NCBI GenBank assembly: GCA_030265395.1
Contig: JARFYF010000055.1
Coordinates: 22,101,747-22,165,746 of the forward strand
Direction of reading: 5' to 3'
Source of the DNA: Rhina ancylostomus
Lineage: Eukaryota
Length of the DNA: 64,000 bases
Both the position numbers and the translations under genes were made by a program. The notes beneath the pieces were generated by a model. The model searched no databases, was not told the origin of the DNA, and worked only from the letters and a program-made list of their open reading frames with translations. Positions 50,045 through 62,990 of this stretch are shown here, one piece after another. Each line of letters starts with the position of its first letter. Position 1 is the stretch's first letter.

Positions 50045-51269
50045 GTAAGTAGTTAGAATTAACTAAAATTTGTTTCACTATGTGTTGTGGGCTGGGTATG
50101 TGTTGAGCATGATAGAGCAAATGGTTTGACCAAGTCTTTTTAAAAAAAACTTAAATTACTACTGATAAGTTTTTTCTGTATTATGTTTTCTTCTCATCAC
50201 CACTGTCCAATCCATGTCAGAGTTTTTTTTTGTGGCTGATGAAGCAATAAAATATAAATAACAACAAAGCTGCATTGCTTTGTAATATTTTGTAAAGAAC
50301 ATCTCTTGCTTGTAATTGAGGTATTGTGATTTTAAAAAATCATTACACTATTAGGGCTGGTATTTTCTTGCTTTTTTTTTCAATCTATTTACATTTGTGC
50401 AGATATCTCAATATCTTAATGTTTTCATTACATTTTTTCATTTTACACTTAATTTCTTGTTCCTTTGTGAATTTTCCTCCATTGAATTAGGACAACTTGC
50501 AACCTGGACTGTTTCATTCTGTGGTTTTGTACAAACTGGCAGTAGCCTGGCAAGATAGTGACCCGGATCAAACTTTGTAAATATCCTGGTTTTCATTAAC
50601 TCTCCCAATTTTCTTAGATCTATATTCCTTAATATTGACTTCTTCCTGTCCACACACTCAGAATTTTAGACACCTTGATTAAAACTCCAATCAGCCTCCT
50701 TTATTCCAATAAGTGGTTTTCTAATTCTCTGGTCCTCTGCCTGGAGCCAAGGAGGATTAGGAATTTATGGTTGGAGCCCCGACTATTTTCTCCCTCAATT
50801 CTCTTAAGAGCTGAAGGACATTTTAACTAGGCCTGGTAATCAATCCACTCTTAGATCCCTTATTATTTATTTTACTCTCTCTTATCCAATATTTTACACT
50901 CTCTCTCTTTCATTGCAGTGTCCTTTTCGTTGTTCTCTTTTATAAATACAGACATCCAGAGCCAAACCTGCTACTCAGGGAGAATTGTTAATAGAAAGTT
51001 GTGAAAAGTTGCCAATATTCCTGGCTGTGATTTTATACAAAAAAAATGTAAAACTTGAAATAGGTACATCTGTTTATATCACAGATGTATGAACCTCACT
51101 GTCCATGTTCATTTAGCTTTGTCTCATGCTATACTTTGAGGATTTTTCTTATAATTAGGATTCAGCTGGTGCTGTGACTTCCAAACCCAATGACCAGTAA
51201 AGAATGTCCATCTTTCATATGTAAGAATGAATGAAAAGGCACTTTGTAAAGTAGAGTGACTACTCTTGC

Positions 51270-51428
51270 TGTTGTTACAATATGATCATTCTGCTGCATG
51301 CTTAAAAATCCACAGTACTCATTTGTGGCAGGGCCGAAGAAACCATGAACCCTGCCTCCTTCAGCCCTGCGACAAATGAGTACTGTGGATTTCTAAGTGT
51401 GCAGCAGAATGATCATATTGTAACAACA
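51270..51428. repeat. Long inverted repeat (70-bp arms, 19-nt loop)
   Basis: 51270-51339 is the reverse complement of 51359-51428 with 5 mismatches. Confidence 0.95.
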
Positions 51429-54413
51429 ATCCTGGCTTTACACTAACCTACTCGACTAGAATATTAGTCAAATGGCTGGGTGTAAATTGGGTATCAGACT
51501 CAGACCCACCCCGGCCTCGCTGGGCATGTCACACAGAAACTTTGGTATCAAGGNNNNNNNNNNNNNNNNNNNNNNNNNNNNNNNNNNNNNNNNNNNNNNN
51601 NNNNNNNNNNNNNNNNNNNNNNNNNNNNNNNNNNNNNNNNNNNNNNNNNNNNNTTTTACTTGAATTTTTTTCAATTGTTTTTTTAATTCAATTGATATAA
51701 ATATTTAAACTAATTTGTTTTTATAGAATTTTTTAAACTAAATTTAATTTTTCATTTATTTTTAATTTCACCTCTTTTATTTAACTTTGTCTCTTTTTGT
51801 TTCAAATACATTTGCATCAGAAGTCACTGTTTTTAAGTTGTACTTGTCAGTTCCAGTCTCTTTGCCTTGGTGGAAAGCTGATATCAGGTTGTATTTTCAC
51901 CTGAGTTCTAGAAACCACCACCAAATCAAAGTAAAAGAATGACCAGAAAGTTGCTGGATGATGACAAGCTGAGTTGATCTGAGAAGTGAAAGTCAGCAAT
52001 TGCATTCCAGTTCATAAAATTATTTATAGCTGTCAAAGTTATTGATGATGAATGTGAAGCAGCTACATTTTGTAGTTGTAAAGGATCAGAATGACCCTAA
52101 ACATAAGCTAGATCTTCTTGATCAACTGTCTTTCCCCTTTTTTTGTTTTCCTGCCACTCTAATTAATCCATGGACTCTCTCTGGGCATTACTGTAAATGG
52201 GGAGTGTGTGGACAGCCACACTTGTATGTTATACTGATGTACATTATGTCCATCAGATTTTTAACAAAGATTTAATTTTGCACCGATGCTTTGTTTTAAA
52301 GCTGACATATCTTTTGATATATGAAATTGCACATATATAGGGCTAACTTAGATTCTCATCTATAACCATGGAAAATCATTTCCAGATATGGGAAACCTAC
52401 AGAATAAGCAGGTTCTCTCTCTAGCCTTGTCCATTCTGATACAATAAGTTAATGGTATTATTGAATTAAAATTAAGAAACTAAATTTGAGTACTTTTACA
52501 TAGATTATGAATGTGATGTGGGCCTTTTCCCTTATAGTACTGAAAATTAGCATGCATTTTCTGCAGTCACTGATTGACCCCAGCTGTAAAGAAAGCAAAG
52601 CTGACTGAACAAAGCAATGCACTGAATGTTTAACAGATTATTAACTACTGCAGACTACCATATAATAACATATAAACAGAAAATGCCAGAAGCACTCAGA
52701 AAGTTATTCAACTTACATGAAGAGAGAAAGGATATGTTAACATTCATGTCATAGGACTCTTAATTAGAACTGAACAATGAAAGCACATTTTATAGGAATC
52801 AGGTGTTATTAACCAGCCTTAGGGTTTGTTTTGAAAGTTAATTAAGCCAAGCTGTATAGGATTTCTAAATGAGAATCAGTCATCAGGCAGGTGTCATAGG
52901 ATTAGAACCATTAAGTTTTCATTAAAGGAAACCTCAGCTTTTGATAATGTGGAGGAGAATTCACTTTTTTTTGGGTTAGAGATGCATATTCTGGGTTATT
53001 ACTGATTCCTGTGTGTTACCATCTAGTTTGGAATTGCTATACATAGTCCTTTCATGAAATTAGCTATCATCCACAAATTTCAGGAAGAAGATTGCCAAAC
53101 AGCGGAAGTTTGAAATCATTGTATGTGGATTTGCTGCATAGAGCTTCTATTGTTCTCTTTTGATCTAATGTAAACTCTAGATGTTCCATCATCTTGCATA
53201 ACTGAATTTCAGAGAAATAAGGGGACAAGAGTAGGTAATTTAACCCTTTGTGACAACTTTGCCATTCAATTAGCCTATGATTGATTTGTGCTGAAAGTCC
53301 ATTTAACCGCTTTCATTTTGAATCCCCTGTACTTAAATCTTATCAGAAATTTATCTGTCTCAGGAGTCCCATTTATTGACTATCTTTGTGGACACAATAA
53401 CAATAAACTTTACATTTCATTTAATTCAGGCAATTAAAGCCAATTTGTAATCTACAATGCCCATTCAATGTGGGACATGCTGAATATAATTTAAGATATG
53501 ACAGAGCTGTAAATCCAAGGTGATGCTTTAACAAAATTGTTTGATGCCAATGCTGATTCACAATATTTTCTTAATCACAGAAGCAGCTGGAATCTGCTAA
53601 TGATACATACAAGTCAGCCAAAAGCTCTACAAAATTAGAAACCGTGAAAGAAAAACATATTAAGAAAACATTTCCTTTCTACTGAAGGTGAAAGAGTTTT
53701 GACAGGAAATGCTGCATGGGAACCATTTCGTCCTCATAACTGATTGTTGAACCACAATTTGATGCCAGTTTTGCACTTGTACATCCACAATAAGTTCGAC
53801 ACTCTGTGGTAGTATAGCAATAGTATTTAATGAATGTGAAGAGAATCTATAATTTACCATTTAACCAACCACACCTGCAAGAAGCTGATGTTCCATGGCA
53901 AGCTTGGTGCTCACTAGATTACTTGGATTTTGCAGTGAAGGGCTGGGATTTTTAATCGAGAAAGTTGGCTGTTATCAAATTCTGAGAAACACTTAATAAG
54001 CAAAGTTCAGGATTTGTTAATGGAGACTGGCTTCTGCAAATTACATAGATCATGGGGCTATTGGATGTTCTCACAGATGTAATGAGATGCGACACATCAT
54101 GATGTTGACCAGTGGTGTGGGAGGAAAATTTGATGCAAAAGCAGCAAATCTACCCACATCTGCTGCACAACCAAACATTCTATACATTCCTCTCATAGGA
54201 AAACTCTTAAAGCATTGGCATATTATAAAAAGATACGTTTGAACTGCCTGATGTGACCTTACAAATATGGTAATTGGTCAATGATTTTGTTACAGTAATA
54301 AATAAAGACATTCTGATGCTAATTTTTAACAGTATACTATTTTCAGAAAATAAATCTATCTCGTGCTTAAAAACAACCATAGAGTTATAATAGGCCTATT
54401 TGTTTGATTTCAG

Positions 54414-54474
54414 AACTTTAAGCAAATGGTGCCACTATTTGGTGTTTTCAGATTGGCCTTTATTTTGATAATAG
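54414..54474 (+). CDS. rhbdl2: RHBDL2 coding exon 5
   Basis: tttcag| ... tag|gtaagt, 61 nt. NFKQMVPLFGVFRLAFILII(V). Confidence 0.93.
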
Positions 54475-54759
54475 GTAAGTGTTCTTAAATTTAGTATTAT
54501 TGTGTTATAGTAATGTGGTCCACCCACCTAATAAGACTGTTCCTGAGCCCCATCCACCCAGAATCACCAGTGCCCGGTTAGGTGTAGCCATCAGCTGCCA
54601 TATAGTTAGAAAATATCAGGCAAAGATCCTTTGTAGCTTTAAGTGGTGCTACGGCAAGGCTATAGTGTTGTGTGGAAGGGGCTTATTTGACATTGTGAGG
54701 TTACCTTTGTCATAAACACCTAAGTAACATGCATCACAAATATTTTTAGAACATGTCAG

Positions 54760-55160
54760 AGGCTGGTCAGAGACTGTGAGTGATTCACCTACTGACATCC
54801 AAATCCATCTCTCCCTCTCCAAGGCACAAGTCAGGAGCATGATGGAATACTCTTCACTTGTCTAGATAAGTGCAGCTCCATCCAGCAACACTCAAGAAAT
54901 TCGACACCATCCAGGACAAGGCTGCCCAGTTGCTTGACACCTCCTTCTCCAGTTTAAGCAGTCACTCCCACTACATTGGTGCACCATGAATAGAGTGTTT
55001 ACCATCCATGAAATGTACTGCAGCAACATGCAAAACCTTCCTTGACAGCATCTTCCAATCCTGCCATCAGCCTCTGTTCATTACCACACAAACTGCAGCA
55101 GTTCAAAAGAGACTCATCAATAAGTGCTGACTTTATTACCAATGCTCATGTCCTGCATTC
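54760..55160 (+). mobile_element. Non-LTR retrotransposon 3' fragment
   Basis: caaggcacaagtcaggagcatgatggaatactct...ctcaagaaattcgacaccatccaggacaag (KAQVRSMMEYS...KKFDTIQDK). Related decayed pieces lie at ~46500-47050 (+) and ~2390-3950, ~10480-11000 (-). Confidence 0.65.
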
Positions 55161-56119
55161 TAAAAGACAAGAATGGTGGATGCTATGTCAAGAAATTCTT
55201 TCATGTTGTGCTACATGACTGATAATCTAAAACCTGTGTGTGGGATGTACACCACCAAATATTGTTCCAAGTTTTCCACATGTACAACATACTTACAGAC
55301 AGAAGTTATCAGACGTGCAGTGACGTCAAACAGCATGCCCGGCACTTCATATGTAGAATACTTCTGCGAGTTTGCAAATGGAACAGGTTACTCCCAACAA
55401 GAATTCAGGCCTGCATCAGCACTACTTAAGAGGGACATGCTTGCTTACTCTACAGGCAAAATCTGAGGTGCACACTCTCATTACATCCTCAACTAATATT
55501 CTGTTTTCCAATACACCCATTCTCTAATGCTGCTCCATCCTCTGATGTGGCTTCCCCAATAATTCTGGCCCTTCCCACCCTCACACCCTGCCTGATCCTC
55601 CCTAGTGGTCCCACCCAGCACCTAGTGCTGTCTCCATTCTAAAGCTGTCCAAGCACCCCTGTGATCTGTGACCTAGCAGATATATTTCTGCCATGATGTA
55701 GTTGGTGGATGGAAGACCTTGTACAATAGAATTTGAATGTTGGGTGGTCTTGCACAAACTGGTATCTCTCCCCACTCACCACTGCTTTAACGCACCTTTT
55801 GAAGCAGGGACTGTACTTCCTTCCACATTCCATCCATGTATTCTATTGAAAATATACAATTCCATGCCCAACACCGTTGGTTTATTTTAATAGTTCTCCC
55901 ATGAATGATTTCAACTTAAATGTTTTCATTCCAGGAAGAAGGTATCTCCTAAAATGTAGCCTTCTCTCGCGTTACTAAAGAAAAAGTGGACATTGTGTGC
56001 CCAGATTCTGGGACTGTGGTTCTGAAATATTTAGTGTCATTTACTGCTGTTATTGGCCTGTACTTTCTTGCTATTCAGTATTATGTAGCATATTAATATT
56101 GTGAATTTATTTCTTTCAG

Positions 56120-56181
56120 TGGGCACTGATATGGGCTTTGCCCTATATAGAAGGTTCTTTGTTGAAGGAAATGGTTTCCGT
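56120..56181 (+). CDS. rhbdl2: RHBDL2 coding exon 6
   Basis: ttctttcag| ... cgt|gtaagt, 62 nt. (V)GTDMGFALYRRFFVEGNGFR. The final exon (AHxxG catalytic His) was not found in the window and is presumably downstream or in a gap. Confidence 0.93.
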
Positions 56182-56363
56182 GTAAGTATTATAGATGTTA
56201 ATTAAAACCTCTTAATGCTGATACATTCTTGTATGCAACATTTAATGGCTTACTCCAAGCATTAAACAAATATTTGTCCAATGGCAAACAAAGTAGTGCT
56301 TGGTAATGTTGTATAATAATCGTGAATTAATCATTACATTTTTACATCTGAATTAAATAGTGC

Positions 56364-56653
56364 TGGTTTAAGTCCTGGTGTTGAAAATTGAGACACAATT
56401 AAGGCTTATTTGTTGTTGCACTACTGGGGGGGTGTGCTGCACTAAAAGGACACCATCCTTCAGATAAAACATTGACGCAAAGTCCCTTCTGTCCTTTTCA
56501 AAGACAAGTTAGGAATGGCATCCACCTATTGATAATCAGAAGAGTTGCTCAATAGTTCTAGTCCACATAAATTACTCAGCCATTGTTATTGAAACATGTT
56601 AGCTGCTCAGTTGTCATTTCACCCTTGTGCACTCTTGCTGTGCATAAATTGCC
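56364..56653 (+). mobile_element. Degraded Deu-domain SINE (SacSINE1-like)
   Basis: gtgctgcact...ccatccttcagataaaacattga...ccccttctgtcc...tcttgctgtgcataaattg resembles the Deu-SINE consensus (recall). Confidence 0.55.
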
Positions 56654-57341
56654 CAATGACAAAGCCTCTTGTCATTCAGCAACTTTTCCAGTGTAAGGAA
56701 AAGTCCTGAAGCACTATGTAGGAGTATTCCTCCACGTGCTTCATGTCTCTTATCCAATAATTTTCTTCCCATTTTTGCCATAAAAATACTCTGGAAGCAA
56801 ATATCCCTTTTTCAAGGTTATGGCTTCTTCCCTCTTTAAAAATTATACGGTAACACTGCTCTTGTCCTTGTTAAAAAAAATGAAACTAAAAGAGAAATGA
56901 GCCCTTTATTTCCGTACATCCATGCTGGTGTACGGCCCCACATGGTGCCCTCTTCCCCCGCCACCATTTAACAACAAATGTCTTCCTTTCCTTTCTTCCT
57001 CGTCTGCTATTCCAGCTTCCCCTTAAATGCTTCTTCATTATTCACCTCAGCTACTCCCTGTGGTAGCAAGTTCTACGATCCCACCGCTCTCTGGATTAAA
57101 AAGTTTCTCCAGAATTCCCTGTTATGTTTAAGGTCCCTAGTCTTGATTTCATTCCCAAATGAAATTACCTTTTAGATATCTTTTCAGTCTTCTTTCTGAT
57201 ATTCATCAGAACATCACAAGTGCTGATGTTTTTGTTTTGTAGAGGTACAGTTAGTGTACCCTAAAGTGTGTGCTCAATGGGTGCAGCAGCAAAGTCAGGA
57301 TACCCACAGTGACAGCTGGTTGACTAGGTGTATGGACAATG

Positions 57342-57450
57342 TAAGGGGAGATTTTGACAGAGTGATGGATGGTTGGATGGGCATGGGGTAATGCAGGGAA
57401 GAGATTTCACAGAGTGATGGATGGTTGGATGAATGCAGGGGAATGTAGGG
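57342..57450. repeat. ~52-bp tandem duplication
   Basis: gagattt..acagagtgatggatggttggatg occurs twice in tandem. Confidence 0.75.
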
Positions 57451-57637
57451 GGTTCAGAGCTTTGGACTTGGTGGATCAGGGGGTTGGAGTTGATAGATTG
57501 GGAAGTGAGGGTGGGTCAGTGCAGTGGACGTTGAGAGGGGCTTAAGAATGTTCTCCTTCCTAGGGGTCATCCTTCTCAAACTTCAGAACAGCATTTAAAC
57601 ATCCAGTCTACAAGTGTGACCAATAGGACCTGCCACT

Positions 57638-58672
57638 GACATAGAACATAGAACATTACAGCACAGTACAGGCCCTTTGGTCCACAATGTTGTGCCGACA
57701 TTTTATCCTGCTCTAAGATCTATCTAACNNNNNNNNNNNNNNNNNNNNNNNNNNNNNNNNNNNNNNNNNNNNNNNNNNNNNNNNNNNNNNNNNNNNNNNN
57801 NNNNNNNNNNNNNNNNNNNNNNNNNNNNNNNNNNNNNNNNNNNNNNNNNNNNNNNNNNNNNNNNNNNNNNNNNNNNNNNNNNNNNNNNNNNNNNNNNNNN
57901 NNNNNNNNNNNNNNNNNNNNNNNNNNNNNNNNNNNNNNNNNNNNNNNNNNNNNNNNNNNNNNNNNNNNNNNNNNNNNNNNNNNNNNNNNNNNNNNNNNNN
58001 NNNNNNNNNNNNNNNNNNNNNNNNNNNNNNNNNNNNNNNNNNNNNNNNNNNNNNNNNNNNCCTCTGGACCCTCTCTAAAGCTTTCACAGCCTGTCTATAA
58101 TGAGGCAACCAGAACTGAACACAAGACTCCAATTGTGGTCTAACCAGAGTTCTGTAGAGCTGCATCATCACCTCGTGGCTTTTGAACTGAATACCTCCAC
58201 TAATAAAGGCCAACACTCCATAAACCTTCTTAACCCTATCGACCTGCGCAGCAACCTTGTGGGATCTATGGACATGGACCCGAAGATCCCTCTGTTCTTC
58301 CACACTGCTAAGAGTCCTGCCATTAAACTTGTATTCTGCCTTCAAATTCGATCTTCTAAAATGTATCACTTCACACTTATCCGGGTTGAACTCCATCTGC
58401 CACTTCTCAGTCCAGGTCTGCATTCTATCAATATCCTGTTGTAATCTACAGCAACCTTCTACACTGTCCACAACACCTCCAACCTTTGTATCTTTAGCAA
58501 ACTTACTAACCCATCCTTCCACATCCTCATCCAAGTCATTTATAAAAATCACGAAGAGCAGGGGTCCCAAAACAGATCCCTGCGGGACACCACTGGTCAC
58601 CAACCTCCAAGCAGAATATGTTCTGTCTACCACCACCCTCTCTGTTCCGTGGGTGAGCCAATTCTGAATCCA
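57638..58672 (-). mobile_element. Young 5'-truncated CR1 LINE (RT C-terminal half plus tail)
   Basis: ORF 57713-58636 reads VTSGVPQGSVLGPLLFVIFINDLDE...SKFAKDTKVGG...WQMEFNPDKC, with FADD mutated to FAKD. Tail (catagaa)n at 57639-57660. Confidence 0.95.
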
Positions 58673-60960
58673 ATATTGTTACATGAAAAAAAAATTCTCA
58701 GCTGTATGCTACACAAGGTTTTGTGGTGTAGTCTCTCGAACTGCTCTAAGTTCCTAGCATCAGCCTGCCAGATATGAACTTGTAATCATGATCCAGTGTT
58801 CCTGCTGACTGCTACCCAAATAACAGAGACATTATAAGCTAATTTCTCCAAGTGTAAGTGACCTTCATCCCATTATTTTGAGCTGGATTGGTGTTCAGTG
58901 TGAAGAAGGTCTTTGGGGTTGTTCTGACATTTGGATGATTTTTGTTTATTTTGAANNNNNNNNNNNNNNNNNNNNNNNNNNNNNNNNNNNNNNNNNNNNN
59001 NNNNNNNNNNNNNNNNNNNNNNNNNNNNNNNNNNNNNNNNNNNNNNNNNNNNNNNTGATTTTTGTTTATTTTGAAATTTTTAATGGGTGCTATTGCCATC
59101 TGTTTTACAATATTAGGCACTCAAAATTACCCAGAATGTCACTATGAACTTACTGTATAGAGTCTCCTAGTTTTCCAAGCTGACATTAGTTCTGTATGGT
59201 GTATAAAGGACCATGTGGAGCTTACAGACACCGTAATAAGCAGCAAAACCTTTGACAATATCCGACTGTCATAACCAGTTGTGTTGGTAGGGTTCCTGCA
59301 AGATTCACAACCCAGAATGTTAAGAACAAATATGTGTTAGTGATTTGATAATTAGCTTTACTTGCTTGGAAATATTTTGAAGTAGAGTATTTCTGAAGTC
59401 CAATAATAGCTGTAACCACTTTGATAGCCCAACCCGCACTCTTTCAGCCTTTTCCTGCTGTTGGTGAGATAGTTTAACATTTTTCTGGCTTTCCTTCCTC
59501 GCTGCTGTGGCCTCCCCCTGCTGAGAGCTGCTTTAATTCCTGCTTTGCCAGCTGCTTGAACCACAGGTACATGCAGAAGGTAAGAACAAAACTATCCACG
59601 TATAAGTTGTAAAAAGGGATTCAGTGCATTTACACTGTATTGTCCTTCACTGGAGCTGTAATTCTATTTAATAATAACAACCAGGAGCCATAATAATGCT
59701 TTTTGTATTTGTCTTCGGGCAGTTGCACACAATTCTGATAGGTAACAGGCCTCAATTTATTAAAATACCAGTGTATGAAGCATGCAAATTAATTTCACAC
59801 TCTGTGCTTTTTTCAGTGTTAGATGCAAATTAGTTCCAAGGATGTGGAATAGCACAATGTTCTTGCTGGAGTTTACCGTCTCATGAAAATGGATGGAAGG
59901 AGTTGCAAAACAACTGTTTAAACTTAGAGGCAAACAGATGAGAATCTAAATGGAGACACAATGAGATGAGGACCTAATTCTAATTCATTAAGACCCTGGA
60001 ATATTTATAACAGTAATGGGAGTAATTCAGAATTCTGCATGGGATTCCTGTTTCTAGCACTCCCCACAATGCATCAGAGTTGAGAAGTATGCTTGTAATT
60101 ATCTCAAAGGTTTTGAAAGCTTCAGCCAATATATAGTAAAAACTGATATTTACTGTGAACATAGGTTACATTAGAAAAAGTGTTGACTAAATTACCTCCT
60201 GAAATTGGATAAGTGATTGCCTGTCAATTTGGAGTACTGATGATGTGGCATCATCAGTTCCTTCACAATATCTCATACAAGTATTGATGAGATGCCCCAA
60301 CATGTCTCATCCACTGGTTGGACACAACCTAGCAATGTTCTAAATCTCAACAGTAGATTCTTTCTTCCTTCTGGTGCCAGTCAAAAGTTCTGAAAGTCTG
60401 CTTCATCACTCCTCAAAATATGTTGTAGAGCAGCACACCAACCCGTTTATCTGATTTCATATGCTCCCTTATTTCTGTTTATCCACTGGCTGTCTAAAAC
60501 ATGTTGAAACTGGGGCTCAGGGAGTCACCCCCATGCTTTCTCTTGGGACTGTTTCTCCATTAGTTTTTTCTCTTCACCATTTTCTGTGATATGTTATCTA
60601 AGACATTCCAAAAACTCTCTGCTGCAGCATCCAAGTGATTCTCTGTCAGGTTCCTTAGGCCGTTTGTGTCAGGAAGGGTACTCAGCTGAGGCCAAGTTAG
60701 TCCTCATGCCTCATGTATCAACTACTGCACCAGATACCAATCAGTTTAAAAAAAAGTCCATTGTAGGACCTCCATTACCAGCTTTGCTGAGATCAATTCG
60801 TACAAAGTAAAAATGCTGCTCGTTTCCACCGATCCATTAGAAAGTCCTATTTGTTTCCAAAGAAGCGACATTAAAAAAAGGATTAAGTTTTATTAACAGC
60901 CATGTGTCATTCCTCTAGGGTCTCCAAGATTAAGTTCCGTCCCATAAGTAACAGTCCAAT

Positions 60961-61077
60961 AATATCACTCTGGAACAGCTTTGTGACAATTTCAGCAGTT
61001 TTTAAATATACAAAAAAATGTCGCTCTGGAATAGCTTTGTGAAAATCTCAAGAGTTTTCAATAGATAAAAAAATGTA
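60961..61077. repeat. ~56-bp tandem duplication
   Basis: tc.ctctggaa.agctttgtga.aat.tca...agtttt.aa..a.a.aaaaaaatgt occurs twice. Confidence 0.75.
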
Positions 61078-61224
61078 AATTGATTTCTTATAATGACATA
61101 GTTGGCAGGGGATGATGAGAGCTGCTTTCACTTTAAAGCTTATATTTTACCTGTGCAAAGCAGAAAAGGCTACTTCATATACGCATTAACTTTTCTAGTA
61201 ACCAAACAGATGGAGGGAAATATA

Positions 61225-61352
61225 GCGTCATACAGCACAGAAACAGGCCCTTCGGCCCTCAACGTCTATGCCGCTTCATCTACACTAATCCCATCTAACC
61301 GCACCGTTTTCTGCTTGACCCTGCTCTGCCCGCACCCTCTTCACACTGTCCG
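61225..61352 (-). mobile_element. CR1/HE1-type 3' tail fragment
   Basis: catacagcacagaaacaggcccttcggccc, running into a gap. Confidence 0.6.
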
Positions 61353-62701
61353 NNNNNNNNNNNNNNNNNNNNNNNNNNNNNNNNNNNNNNNNNNNNNNNN
61401 NNNNNNNNNNNNNNNNNNNNNNNNNNNNNNNNNNNNNNNNNNNNNNNNNNNNTGTTAACCCAATCACATGTTTTGATTTGATCTTAAGTCTCCACATCTT
61501 TGTCCCTCTACTTTCATGATGTCTTGCATTCTGACTTCTACTCTGACTTCCTGCAGACAATGAATCTTTTGCTGTTCTTTGAGGTTATAAAGTTATCTCC
61601 CCTAACTTTCCCTTTCTGGGAGTCTCGATTTTGCCTATTCAGTCTCTCTTGTCACACTCTAACAACATTGTACTGAGCTGACATCACTAAATCCACTCCC
61701 CCGTCACATCTCCCCTGGGATCTGTGGAACTTTTGAATCATCTCCATGCTTAAGGCATCTAACTCAATCTAAGCTTGATTCAGCCCATTCCAGTAAATCT
61801 GTAAACAATAAAAGCCTGGTGTACACTGCACTCCTTCCCAAGACTCATGTGATCTCATCTTCTGCAGAATTATCTGACTTGATTAAAATTACCTCGCTAC
61901 AGAGCCCCAGGTTGAGCCTTTTGCCTTCCACCACACCTATGTCTTCCTGGCAGTCTGACGAACTTGTTTTCTCATATTTCCCAAATTACAAGCTTCTCCT
62001 CTGACCTGCTTGCTATCAAGAATCGTGCATTCTGTGGATTTCTGTTGTTCTTAGTGAATGTACAAATGAAATTGAACTTGAGGTGCCAATATTGGATCGT
62101 TGTTTGTAATGTGGCATCTCCTCATGGCTTAATTTTCTGGTTTGCATGAACACTCTCTTCAGGTTTACTTTCCAACCTCATGGCGGCCTCCATAGATGCT
62201 TCATTCATGGTTATCTTCTGCCTTAGTCCCTTGCTGCCATTACTTTGAAATATTTGCTTTATTTACTGCCTGAGATTGAAGTTGGCATATATGTAGCCCT
62301 TGCTGGCTAGCTCCTCAACAATCAGCACTGCAAATCCATGGCTTTCAAAAAATCCTTTTAATATTCTCATGTCAAGAAAGGCAAATTCTTTGTTGACATT
62401 ACAAACTTATCCAACAGCAAGACTAGTTAACTTAATAATATCAACAAAGAATAACTAGGATGAGTGTAGAGTGACGAGAGGTGTCCCATGCACATGGGGT
62501 AAGGGTATGGGTAGCTNNNNNNNNNNCTGCAGATGGAGTTTGACAGTCATCCATCTGAAGAGGGATGTGAAGCCTGAGGTAAAAGGTGAGCTGAACAGAC
62601 AAAGACAAGGTCTTCCTTGGAGGAGGAAGGCCAGGATCTGGATCATGTAGTATCTCTTGAATCTTTGGTGTTGTGGCTTACTAAGGCAAATAACAAATGA
62701 G

Positions 62702-62990
62702 CAGGCACTGTAGCGTAGTGATTAGCATAACGCTAATACAGCGCCAGCGATCCAGGTTCAATTCTGGACACTGTCTGTAAAGAGTTTTTGCGTTCTCCCC
62801 GTGACTGCGTGGGTTTCCTCCGGGTGCTCCAGTTTCCTTCCACATTCCAAAGATGTATGGGTTCGGAAGTTGTGGGCATGCTGTGTTGGCGCTGAAAGTG
62901 TGGTGATACTGGTGGGATTCCCCCAGAACACTCTACGCAAAAGATACATTTCACTGTGTGTTTCGATGAACACATGACTAATAAAGAAAA
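62702..62990 (+). mobile_element. Near full-length V-SINE (tRNA-derived head)
   Basis: A-box-like tagcgtagtgattagc, B-box ggttcaattc, V-core ttctccccgtgactgcgtgggtttcctccgggtgctccagtttccttccacattccaaaga, and tail ...catgactaataaag. Confidence 0.85.

Noticed and set aside
57713-58636. 307-aa reverse transcriptase ORF as a possible domesticated gene or novel RT system
   Set aside because: It is an ordinary 5'-truncated CR1 copy with a mutated catalytic motif (FAKD), and one third of the ORF is N.
58936-59075. Identical 20-mer (tgatttttgtttattttgaa) on both sides of a 100-N gap
   Set aside because: Most likely an unmerged contig overlap at a placeholder gap, not a biological TSD.
62702-62775. 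tRNA gene
   Set aside because: The tRNA-like A/B boxes run straight into a V-SINE core, so this is a SINE head rather than a full cloverleaf.
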